A stretch of DNA of 63,969 nt, counting the filler, from Neoconidiobolus thromboides FSU 785 (lineage: Eukaryota > Fungi > Entomophthoromycota), in NCBI GenBank assembly GCA_025603075.1. It is 10 parts of 10 records of this genome, joined end to end, with 100 filler letters (N's around TTAATTAATTAA, not from the genome) between each part and the next. Parts side by side here need not be neighbours in the genome. Positions count along the whole stretch, not along the records: positions 1 to 16,788 come from MU626589.1; positions 16,889 to 18,919 come from MU626888.1; positions 19,020 to 31,402 come from MU626633.1; 7 more parts are not named here. The stretch is one strand, 5' to 3'. Numbering within the stretch: the stretch's first letter is position 1; each line of letters opens with the position of its first letter. The notes below the pieces were generated by a model. The model saw only the letters and a list, made by a program, of their open reading frames with translations. It was not told the DNA's origin and did no database searches. This document shows, piece by piece, positions 12,211 to 22,548 of the stretch. The position numbers were made by a program, and so were the translations under genes.

Positions 12211-12885
12211 ATGATCAGTAATCATACGTCTATTCACTTAAACAATCCTATAGTTAAAACAGAATCATTCTATGGCTATGTTAAAGATGTTTCCGAAGCT
12301 TTAATTTTATTTGAAGCCTCAAGGCTAGGTATGATTCCACTAATAACAACAAGGTTATCTGAAACTACCCGTACTTATATAAGACCTGGGTCTATTTTTG
12401 TATGGGAAATAGGAGTTGGGGGGATGAAAAGATGGACCGATGGACATACTTGGTCTCCTTCTCGTTACAATAACTATTTTTTTATATATCATGAATTGGA
12501 CACCGATATAACAGATAACGCTACTACAAGTAAAGCAGAGACTTATAAAAAAGATGGACTAATGAAGAGAACTAGTAGTATTTCTACTGTGGACGGTAGG
12601 AAATTTCAATTAGTAAACTATGTGTATAATGATGTTGAGAAAAACATATCCCTTCCTACTATTTCAACTTATCCTATCTCTAGCTCTTTAATTATACCTA
12701 TTAATTTTTATTATCGTCCTAAAAATGTTATTAAAAAACGGAATAATAGTATGGATTCTAATTCGGAAAATATTAATGTCATTACATGCTCAGCCCCTAC
12801 TACTTCAACTAGTGCAACCACTTCTGGTGAATCTATTGTATTTATTCCTTACCAAAATCAGTCCTTGTTTATGAACGATAACTAA
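12211..12885 (+). CDS. Gti1/Pac2 (WOPR) family transcription factor
   Basis: FYGYV...ALILFEA...IRPGSIFVW...MKRWTDGHTWSPSR...FFIYHE and GLMKRTSSI...FQLVNY match both WOPR boxes. ATG at 12211; the ORF track starts two codons earlier at a TTG. Confidence 0.92.
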   Translation: MISNHTSIHLNNPIVKTESFYGYVKDVSEALILFEASRLGMIPLITTRLSETTRTYIRPGSIFVWEIGVGGMKRWTDGHTWSPSRYNNYFFIYHELDTDITDNATTSKAETYKKDGLMKRTSSISTVDGRKFQLVNYVYNDVEKNISLPTISTYPISSSLIIPINFYYRPKNVIKKRNNSMDSNSENINVITCSAPTTSTSATTSGESIVFIPYQNQSLFMNDN

Positions 12886-13235
12886 TTTATTCTTCAAATT
12901 TTTGTTTTAACTATTATTTATATTTTATAAAATAAATACATGTCTATTTCTAGAAAAAATCCACTGATATGACATTTTTACTTATCTCTATTACTAACTT
13001 GTGTTTTATTTATGGTTTTTGTAGTCAATAAAATAGTATTTTGAATATTTTAATATTTAAGAAGAATCGATAAATTAATATTATAGCTTAATAACTTGAA
13101 ATATATTACTTAAGCTAATACCTTTATTTCATAATATAATGATTTTAATTTAGTGGGATAAATGTTATGATTTAAAAACATAACTATATATCTCATAGTA
13201 AGACTTTATTAGTTTGATACAGAGAAATTATATTT

Positions 13236-13312
13236 ATAAATTATAAATTATAAATTATAAATTATAAATTATAAATTATAAATTATAAATTATAAATTAT
13301 AAATTATAAATT
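13236..13312. repeat. Perfect heptamer tandem repeat (ATAAATT)11
   Basis: Read directly. Confidence 0.9.
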
Positions 13313-16086
13313 CAATTAATAATAAAATAGAACCTATTCTTTGTCTTATTGTGAAACTTATTTTATTGAACGATATACCCGATTGAGTTTGTTTTAAAAA
13401 ATGATATTAAAAATTTTAAGAATAATCACACCTCCAATTATTTAAATAGTTGGTTTAAGACAATTCATTAATCTATCTTAATTAAAATTTTAAGATAGCT
13501 TACTTTTATTATATACAAGTTTTTGACAATTAAATTAAAACTTGATCTCATATAAAATTAATTACTTTCAAACTTTAACTTTATTTGATGTAAAAGTTGT
13601 ATAAAATTTCATATTAAAAGTGTATAAAAATTAAAACTAAATAGAATGTTACTCCTGGGCTTTATTAAATTTTCAAAAAATATACAAAGTTATATACTTT
13701 GTTTTTTATACTAAACTTCCTTTGTTGTAACTGTTTTTAATAAAAGTATTAATTTATAACGAACATTATGTAAGCAATAATCAGGCTTTAGTATCAATTT
13801 AATATACAGCTATAAACCTCAATAAGTGATAAGCATGTTAGATGTAAGGTTTATTTTCAAGTATAATTCATTCTATTTTTAAGACCAGAGATTTATTATT
13901 ATATTTCATTAGATATGATTGAAAGATTACATCCAAGCGTTTTAAAATCATTAGATAGCTCACAAATGATGTATAGTAGTAAATGTCATTTGCAAAAATG
14001 AAAAAATAAAAGAAATGCTAATGTAATATTCGTTTTTGATGTTTATGTCATTTTTTACAAAATAACTATAAATGTAAACATTTCCTAATATAACAACAAA
14101 GCAGTAAGATTTATTAATAACTTATAGAACGAATTTATTATATTATTTTTTAGCGGTGAACTATAAATTAGTTGAGTAAAGATAACAATTAATCTAATTT
14201 CTTATATTTTATTAAATCTTAATAAATTTATTACTAATTTTTCATTTTGAGTAATCTTCTCTTTATAAATTCGGAACCAACTTTAAAAATTTAATTTAAA
14301 TAGCGTTTTAAACAACACAAATAAAAGTATTATCAAACTAGGATAAATGCTGGCTTTTAGTTTCATTAAAGTATCTTGTAAATACAGCTAATTAGTCAAA
14401 CTCAAGTTTAGAATAATTTCATGTTTTGAAAATGAGTCTTCATTAATGCCACTAATTGTTTGAAAATGATCAAAAATTATGATAAAGGTATCCTTCTTTA
14501 TTAGTCAATTATTTTCCGATAGTCAAGCAACTTTATAAAATATTATTTTATTTGTGTATGAACTATGGGATAATTTTAAACAAGACGTTTATTACTAAAT
14601 ATAACGTTTAGTAAATAAAGCTTTGAAGGAAACTGTTAGCATGTGGATTTGATTTTGAAAGTAATAATAGCCTTACATATCGATTTCAAGTCCGTGGTTT
14701 TTCCACTTCCTAAAACTAAAACCTTCTTGTTAAAGCGAAGAGATATTAAAATAAAGGCTTCATTTCAAAAAATAATTGTTAGATTAACTTGTTATTTTGT
14801 TAGTAAAATAGGTGTATTAAAAAATCATTCAATAAATAAACAGATTCAGAGTTTTAAAAAATCATGAAAATGTAATAGAGTTATGTTTTGTTCTTAAAAC
14901 AATAGTATTTTGTTAGTATAACTAGACATTTAAATAAAAAAAATTAAATTTAAACTTTTAGTCGATTATATCACAGTTCAATTTCAATATGAAATAACTG
15001 AAATATCTCAATGTACTTCAAATAGACCTTTAAATTTGAGGGTGATATTACATAGACATACATTTAAATAAAATTTATTTTATTAAATTTAATACAGTTA
15101 ATATTAATGCGGTTATACTTTAGAATTGTAATCAATGTAATAAAATTTAATGTCAAACTGAACCTCGCAATAAACTTTTTGGCATTTATAATTTTTTTAT
15201 ATTGATTAAACCACAACTTCGTATTTAATTTTTACATCATCGACTGAGTTAATACTATTGATGTAATTTAAGTGTGGATTGAATATTTGTATTTACACTT
15301 GCTTGATATAAAACTAGAAAAAATTGTCGTGATTAAACTTAATATATACAAAGTTATAAATATTCAATTCATATTTGAATTAAATCAGTACTAGTAAAGT
15401 CTACACGAACAAGTAGCAAATAGCATAAGTATCAAATTTCAAATTGTTAATTCTCAGTGATTCTTAGTAAGCCTTCATAATGAAACAAGTACTTTTTATA
15501 ATAAATGTCTTACTTTATACGAAGTTTTGAAAATCAAAATTACTTAACACAGAAAGTTACTTTTTTTATACAATAATATAAATGTCACTTACATTTTTGC
15601 TTTGTCGGCTTTCAAAGCTTAATTTTAGTTATAAAAATAGCTCTTTTAAAGTTTGCATGGTGAATTTCTGCTTGAGTATCTTCATATTTATTTGTTTTAT
15701 AAAATCTTGAAGGGGGTAAACTCTCAAGTGGTTTATTGTTGGAGGCAAGCTGAAGTAAAATGAAACAAAACAATAAGTAGAATAGGAGAATTTAGAGGGA
15801 AGGTCATATACATATATCTTATTCAAATTCAGCTTTATTAAAATGGGAACAAATTCTAAAACTAGTGCATATTTTTAAAATCAATACATTACTATTAGTC
15901 ATGCATTATACATCCTTTTATATTGCGGTTAAATTGAATTCTTGCCATATCAACATTTTAAATAATCAGAACAACCTTAAAAGATTGTTCTGATTATTTG
16001 ATTATTTGAATTTCTTTTAGTAACTTCAGGAAAAATTTGTATGCATAAAAAATCATCCAACTGCAATGTACTAATTCGTGTTTTAA

Positions 16087-16185
16087 TAGAGAATGTTTTT
16101 TGGTTTCATCGCTTTTGCCGTCTTTTAAGCGCTATTTATGCGGAAAATTTGTTAGTCGAATTCTTAAACACAAAATACATCCCCA
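16087..16185. mobile_element. MITE family 1 copy
   Basis: Consensus match. Confidence 0.8.
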
Positions 16186-16478
16186 ATAAATACAATAGAT
16201 AAAAATTTTTTTTTGAAGGCTATTCTATTAATATAATAACTAAAAAGATCTTTACGCTTTTGAAAAAGTATTAAGACATTTAAACTTGTTGGGATCTATT
16301 AGTTTTTAAAGTTGAGAGTTATTGTATACTACAAGTTTCTTTTTGTTTAGTAATTTTTTTATAATAATTAAGTTTTCAAATTAAAAGTAAACTTGTATTT
16401 AAAAGAGATATTAACATTTATTAAAAGCTAAACAAATTCAAAATAACAAATATCAAATTCGTTATTTCTCATCTCCAC

Positions 16479-16787
16479 TTATTCATGACAAGCATAAGAA
16501 ACGATATCAAATCCTTGCCAGTTTTGAGAAGCACCAGCATTACAATCAGGCATAGCACTAACTACATCACTTAGTAAAATACGTTCAAATAAGTTGTAAC
16601 TTTCTCCAATGTTAGGAGTAAACCAACATTGACATCTACCAGCAGCACCATCTCTTACACCAGCTGGTGCTAATTTAACCATACATTCATGGATATCGGA
16701 TGAAAAATCATTTCCTGGTGCTTTAGAAGTACATACACCAGCTGAAAGAGCAGTGGATACAAAGGCAGTAATTAAAAGAATAGAACG
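16479..16787 (-). CDS. Small secreted cysteine-rich protein; start codon lost in the gap
   Basis: The frame extends upstream of the ORF-track Met: RSILLITAFVSTALS-AGVCTSKAPGNDFSSDIHECMVKLAPAGVRDGAAGRCQCWFTPN...MPDCNAG...SYACHE*. Signal peptide plus 6 Cys. Confidence 0.85.
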   Translation of the reverse strand, partial: RSILLITAFVSTALSAGVCTSKAPGNDFSSDIHECMVKLAPAGVRDGAAGRCQCWFTPNIGESYNLFERILLSDVVSAMPDCNAGASQNWQGFDIVSYACHE

Positions 16788-16788
16788 G

Positions 16789-16888
16789 NNNNNNNNNNNN
16801 NNNNNNNNNNNNNNNNNNNNNNNNNNNNNNNNTTAATTAATTAANNNNNNNNNNNNNNNNNNNNNNNNNNNNNNNNNNNNNNNNNNNN
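16789..16888. other. Artificial contig spacer (44N-TTAATTAATTAA-44N); the same spacer occurs at 18920, 31403, 38035, 44810, 50345, 54556, 57145 and 59309
   Basis: Identical 100-nt layout nine times; the core puts stop codons in all six frames, so true gap sizes are unknown. Confidence 0.97.
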
Positions 16889-17025
16889 GTACCATTCTTT
16901 GGTGGTTCAACATGGTGGGTCATAAGCTCTAAGTTCTCTTCAAACACCTTGAAGTAGTCTTCTTCTTGGGCGTTTAATTGAGTTAAAAGTAAAGCTGATA
17001 CTAAGAAGCTAAAGAATGATTTCAT
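16889..17025 (-). CDS. Secreted protein, N-terminal fragment truncated by a gap; family unknown
   Basis: MKSFFSFLVSALLLTQLNA-QEEDYFKVFEENLELMTHHVEPPKNG: clear signal peptide, coding-like composition. Confidence 0.7.
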
Positions 17026-18600
17026 ATTTAAAAAAACTTTGCCAAGTTTATTTTTTCACATCTTAATACCATGCTTATATATACCTGATGCTCCCATTGT
17101 GTATTTTCTATTTATAATTCTATTTAGATTATTCAACATCATGCGCCAGTAGGAGCTTGTAATAAATCCTGTTAATACAAGTAATTGTAATAAAATTTAT
17201 TTATTTACTTATTTCTCTTTATTTAATATTCACCCTCTATTTTTGAAAGAATAATTTTGTCGCGTTTTATACATAGTAAAATAAAAATATCGTGAGAATT
17301 AAAAAATTAAATAAAAAATGAACTCTACCCTATAATTTTAAGCATGTGGATTTATTGATATGAAATGTTCTTTTTTTAATATTCATCTTGCATAAAGACA
17401 CGTTAATGTTTTTTGGTATCTTTATTAACGATTCAGGCTTAGAAATCAAAGCCTTATTGTTAATACATTTAAGTAAACTATTGGATTGTCAGGTGCACTA
17501 TTTAAATGCGGTATTGCTACTATAAACCTACCTAATTAAAAATAGAAATAGGATTACTTTTTAAAGCAGTTATTTTTAGCTAAGTACTTTACCTTCTTTT
17601 TAATTCCTATATAAAATTTATTTGAGATACAGGGTGGTTAGTAACTTTGATTTCAGATGTAAAATTACTAAACTAGACCAAGAAAAGATAAATTCAATAT
17701 AAAGTTAATATAGATATATTCAAGCTGTTTGTATAATTTTAATAGTTTAATTCCATTGGATTTATAGAATGTCAAGTTTTTGTCATAAGAACTTTCTGGA
17801 ATTCATTTTGACCTTTTAAACAATGATTGAAAAGCTTCTGTTTTGTTGGGCTTTTTCACGAGTAAAATCAAAAAGCTAAAAACCAAGCGACTTCAAATAT
17901 TTAGTTGTTTTATTTTTATTTAAATATTTTGTGCTTAATCAAATGCTTCATATATAACTTTCATGAATTAACCATATAATTTTAGTAGGGCACTTGTTGA
18001 CTGTATATAATTGGAACAATTTTAATGAGCTAATTTAGACATTAAGGTCAATTATCACCAATAATACTGTTATTTTTATTTCGGAGACTAGAAAGGTTTT
18101 ATGCTGCTTGCAAGTAATTTTTATGATTTTTATGTAATTCTTGGTATTTCAATTTTTCTTTTCACTTTAATTATAGGTCCTTTATGACCAACTATTCCTT
18201 CATTGTTGGCTATTTTTTCGCTTTTTTGAGCTCAAAATTTGGACAAAAATATTAGCTAAATTAGTACTTAATGAAACTCCATATAGACCACAATATTTAA
18301 TTTTACACTTTCTTTTTTTACAGATATTATGATGTTTGTTTATAGGTTAATACTTTGGAGGCTATTTTCATGCGGTCTTTTAATTTTGAAAATAAATTCT
18401 AATGAGATCAAATCATAACAATGGTATATAGGTGGGTATGAGACATATATAATAATTTTACCTATATCATTCTTTGTTTAAGTATTGTTATTTAGAATTC
18501 AATAGATTCTAATTATAATGTTTTAATTTTTCCAATAGTTTATTAAATAATAGATTGAGATTTCAGATCGAAAGTTAACTTTCTAATCAAATTTAAAAAA

Positions 18601-18701
18601 TGGGGATGTATTTTTGTGTTTAAGAATTTTACCAGCAATCTTTCCCTTTAGACAGCACTTGAAAGATGGAAAAAGTAACGAAATCAAAAAAAACATACCC
18701 A
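18601..18701. mobile_element. MITE family 1 copy
   Basis: Consensus match. Confidence 0.8.
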
Positions 18702-18805
18702 AATATTGAAATCTTACTTTTTACTTTATCATTTGAATAAAATAGTAGAATTTTTTACCATTTAATAATAATAAAATCAAAAAAAGATAATTTTAAGAAG
18801 TTCCA

Positions 18806-18919
18806 TTACCAAAAGAAATATACCATATCCCACATTCTACGATGAGCTTGGACACTAGGGCGATACCATTCTTGGTAAGAGCAGTCTTCATCTTCTAAGT
18901 AATCAGCACTACAAAGCTT
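18806..18919 (-). CDS. Class-3 lipase, C-terminal fragment
   Basis: KLCSADYLEDEDCSYQEWYRPSVQAHRRMWDMVYFFW* fits the C-x(n)-ED-x2-CS...S-x3-H pattern around the catalytic His of Rhizomucor-type lipases. Confidence 0.6.
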   Translation of the reverse strand, partial: KLCSADYLEDEDCSYQEWYRPSVQAHRRMWDMVYFFW

Positions 18920-19562
18920 NNNNNNNNNNNNNNNNNNNNNNNNNNNNNNNNNNNNNNNNNNNNTTAATTAATTAANNNNNNNNNNNNNNNNNNNNNNNNN
19001 NNNNNNNNNNNNNNNNNNNTAAAATACTAAATTCTAATTCTAATTCAAAGTATGATGCTTATTAAGAACACTATTATGTTTTTATGAGTATTTTATTTGT
19101 GGTTTATAAACCATCTTTTATTAGCATAAATTTACAACAGACGGAATATACCTTTTTAATCGAAAATTGTTATTGAGATATAAATTAAAGAGCAACTATT
19201 AATAAATTAATGTTTATAATCAAACCCGATAATGATCCTAATAGTATACCTTTGAAGCTCATGGCATGGCTTTCTGGTACTTAATTAATAAAGTTAGAAC
19301 TAATATTTTTGATAGCATATAATGAATCTATCAATTGATAGTTATTAATTTTTATTATCATTAAGATTTGTTATCCAACTACTTTAACTTCATAATTAAA
19401 TACAATTGAATATAATTAAATACAATTGAATATAATCGAACACAATTGAAAAACAACTATTATTGTTCTCAAAAACATTGATCATTGTAAAGATATATGC
19501 TATTACTAAAGATGAAATTACTTAAACATGTTATATCGAATCACTTTGCTTAATTTAATATA

Positions 19563-19834
19563 TGGGGGTGTTTTTTTGTGTTTAAGAATTTTACTAACAA
19601 TCTTTCCACTCGAATAGTACTTAAAAAATGGAAAAATAATGAAATTAAAAAAAACATCCCCACATGTTTTGTACTTTTCATATTCAAACATTGACTTTGT
19701 AAATAGAAAAATTTGATGAGAACTGATCAATATATGGGGATGTATTTTTATGTTTAAGAATTTTACTAACAAATTTTCCGCTTAAATAGCGCTTAAAAAA
19801 TGGAAAAAATAGTGAAATAAAAAAAACATTCCCC
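19563..19834. mobile_element. Two MITE copies (19563-19662, 19735-19834)
   Basis: Consensus matches, same orientation. Confidence 0.88.
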
Positions 19835-20173
19835 TATACTTTTCAAACTTAATTAAAGCAACAAAAATCATTTTATATGTTGGTTGGTACACTATATCAT
19901 CAATGGGATTCAAAAAATACAAGTTTTTATTGTTTAAGATCCTTTTGTTAACTCAAAAGAGTTACACTATTGACATTAAACAAGTGGTAAACTTACTTAT
20001 AATACTATGGTATCTAATTAATATCTGCATTCATGGTTTTTTTCTATAGAGTATAGATATAAGAGCTTATATAAAAAGTAAGTGTTTGATTAAATAAATG
20101 AAATGGCTGGGTTTATGAAAATAAGAAAAAATAATCAAAAGGTATTAAATATAGTATGAATATATTTAATATA

Positions 20174-20273
20174 TGGGGGTGTTTTTTTGACTTGATCACT
20201 TTTTCCATTTTTTAAGCGCTATTTGAATGGAAAAATTGTTGGTAAAATTCTTAAACAAAAAAATACATCCCCA
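20174..20273. mobile_element. MITE copy 100 bp upstream of the P1 ATG
   Basis: TA-TGGGG...CCCCA-TA. Confidence 0.9.
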
Positions 20274-20372
20274 TATACTTATAAAAAAATCAAGCTTATT
20301 AGATATCAACTATCAAAAAAAGTATACAAACATTTACCAATGTAGCCGAAACAAATTATAAAAAATCAAATT

Positions 20373-20579
20373 ATGGAAGCTCAATTTACTAGAACTCTAT
20401 TTACTGTCTTAGGTATCAATAGCTTTATTGCGCTTGCTACTCCTGTACTTTCCGGTGATTCTATTCAAAAAGTAGCAATACCAAACAAACAAAGTGGAAA
20501 TCATCAATTTGTTGGAAGAAGAGGAAGCGGAAGAATATATAATATAAGAGACGTTGATAGAGCCTATGGATGGCGATGA
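20373..20579 (+). CDS. Secreted peptide precursor P1 (68 aa, RR site)
   Basis: Signal peptide and DSIQ-containing pro-region shared with P2/P3; ...HQFVG-RR-GSGRIYNIRDVDRAYGWR*. Confidence 0.85.
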   Translation: MEAQFTRTLFTVLGINSFIALATPVLSGDSIQKVAIPNKQSGNHQFVGRRGSGRIYNIRDVDRAYGWR

Positions 20580-21965
20580 TAATGGGGATCCATCAAACCA
20601 TTTTATTCGTGAATCTATTACTTTAATATTTTATCACTTATTTATTTTATTTGATACATAATATTTATTAACTATTTTGATTATATATTAAATAGCATAA
20701 TTCTTACAATATTTATGGTTAATACAATTAATATTATTCCTTTAATTTGGACGCTCCTTGTTAGACAAATATTATATAAGCACCCTGCTTTTATTTCTTT
20801 AATAACTATTGCAACAAAAATTAATTTTTATAATAAAGTTAGGATTTATAATGACAATTGGCATATCAAACATGTATTATTATTTAACCAAGGAGCTTTA
20901 AATAAATAGACATAATTTGACTAGATACGTTTAATAAACAAACTGTTCATCTTGAAGACTAAAATATAAAATCATTTACAAAATGTGCTCTTATAATTTT
21001 TTAAAATTTGAACTCAGAAAGTAAAATATTTTATTAAATTTGGATTAGTTTATAAAAAAGATTAGGAGACCATTTTAAGATATTTCCAATGGTGTAAGCA
21101 TCCCTGCTTGGATGTTTGACAATAAAGTAGGCGATAATAACCCATAAAATGTGCCATTCAAAGTGAAGATTAAAGGTCAAGAAATCAAGCCCTGAATCAT
21201 TTGTTGAAGATTCACAGTGAGAATGGTATATATTCAAGGGAAAGATCCAACAAAGCAAGTAGATAAAGTAATAACAAAGATCAAAAGAAAAGGTTTAGTG
21301 TGAATGAGTGGTATGAATGGAGGTATCGGTTTTATAGTTAGTTATGATGAAGATAATTTTGGGTTATAGATATTGTGCGCAAGAATGTTTAAGAAGCATA
21401 TATAAAGGCCCTTTATTTGTTTTACATACCTTTTTTTTCTCTATTATTTGTTAGCAACAACACTTAAAAAATAGGAAATTAACAAATAAGCATTATTATT
21501 GATACATGAAAATTGTTATTGAGTAGTTTATAATTTTAAATTTCTAATAAGTGCGGTGTTTAACCACCATCCCTATTTATAATTAATAAATCATATTTAT
21601 AAGAATCCCAAAAAACTCCCTTAATAGCAGCTGTGTGATCAAATTACATGTATAGTTGATGATAATTATAATTATAAGAATAAAGATTCAAATAACCTCA
21701 CAGTAAATGATATAATATAACCAAATATTGACAAATTTTATAGATTTCAAGGATCGAAAGTGCAATTGAATGTGACATAAAATAGTATTATGAGTAAACA
21801 CTATTATGTTATATTATGAAGTAAATATGATTGGATATTAATATATATGATACAAACATATGCAGTGTATAATTACAAAAACGTGTTCTCTAATAAATAC
21901 AAGGTATTAAAAATATATAAATACTTAATAATGTAGCTAAAATAAATTATAAAAAAAATCAAGTC

Positions 21966-22223
21966 ATGTATACTCATTTCACTAGAACTTTATTCACTAT
22001 CCTAACTATTAGTACTTTTGTCATTACTGCTGCTCCAATACTTTCCAGTGATTCTATCCAAGAAGCAATAATATTAAATAAAGAAGGCGGACCTTATAAA
22101 TCTTTTGAAAAAAGAAATTGGAGACCATATGGTGAAAGAGATTTTGAGGCATTACTTAAGAGAAGAGGAAGTAGTAGAACATATAGTAGAAGAAGCATTG
22201 GTGAAGCTTATAGATTCCGTTGA
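21966..22223 (+). CDS. Secreted peptide precursor P2 (85 aa, KR/RR sites)
   Basis: Signal peptide; SFE-KR-NWRPYGERDFEALLK-RR-GSSRTYS-RR-SIGEAYRFR*; TATATAAA at 21914. Confidence 0.88.
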   Translation: MYTHFTRTLFTILTISTFVITAAPILSSDSIQEAIILNKEGGPYKSFEKRNWRPYGERDFEALLKRRGSSRTYSRRSIGEAYRFR

Positions 22224-22511
22224 TAGCTTAAATGTATTAAGCTTCCTATAGTAAAGTGAATTAGCTTATTATTTTAGTTTTAATAAATGAGAGGGATTTT
22301 TTTGTTTAATTTCATTTTGAAAAAATGTTTGATTTCTCCCATTCCCAGTAATAAAATATTCAAGCAGGTAAAGTTTGAAACATTTTACAATTATTTTACC
22401 TCTAATCCATTAGCTTAAATTTGAACTAAATTATTTTTTTGGCAAACATAATTGGAATGTATTATATTTCTGAATGCTTCTTTCTTTTTTGAGCAGAAAG
22501 GTGCTAAATCA

Positions 22512-22548
22512 CAGGGATATATTTTTTTCATCTAAAAATATGTCCCCA
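22512..22548. mobile_element. TIR-only 37-bp MITE derivative
   Basis: cagggatatatttttt-tcatct-aaaaatatgtcccca. Confidence 0.5.

Noticed and set aside
14600-14780. Minus-strand VLVLGSGKTT, Walker A-like
   Set aside because: Lacks the first Gly of GxxxxGKT, the frame is short and no other NTPase motif is present
16833-16844. TTAATTAATTAA palindrome repeated nine times
   Set aside because: Always centred in 88 Ns; a synthetic six-frame-stop linker, not biology. It also creates false ORF ends (XXXX...N).
19393-19450. 20-bp tandem repeat (aattaaatacaattgaatat, ~2.8 copies)
   Set aside because: Ordinary slippage repeat with no linked feature
19518-19772. Family of small ORFs with FFDFIIFPFFKRYLSGKIVSKILKHKNTSP (also 27378, 32480, 37629, 46007, 46320)
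   Set aside because: Translations of the MITE, not a protein family
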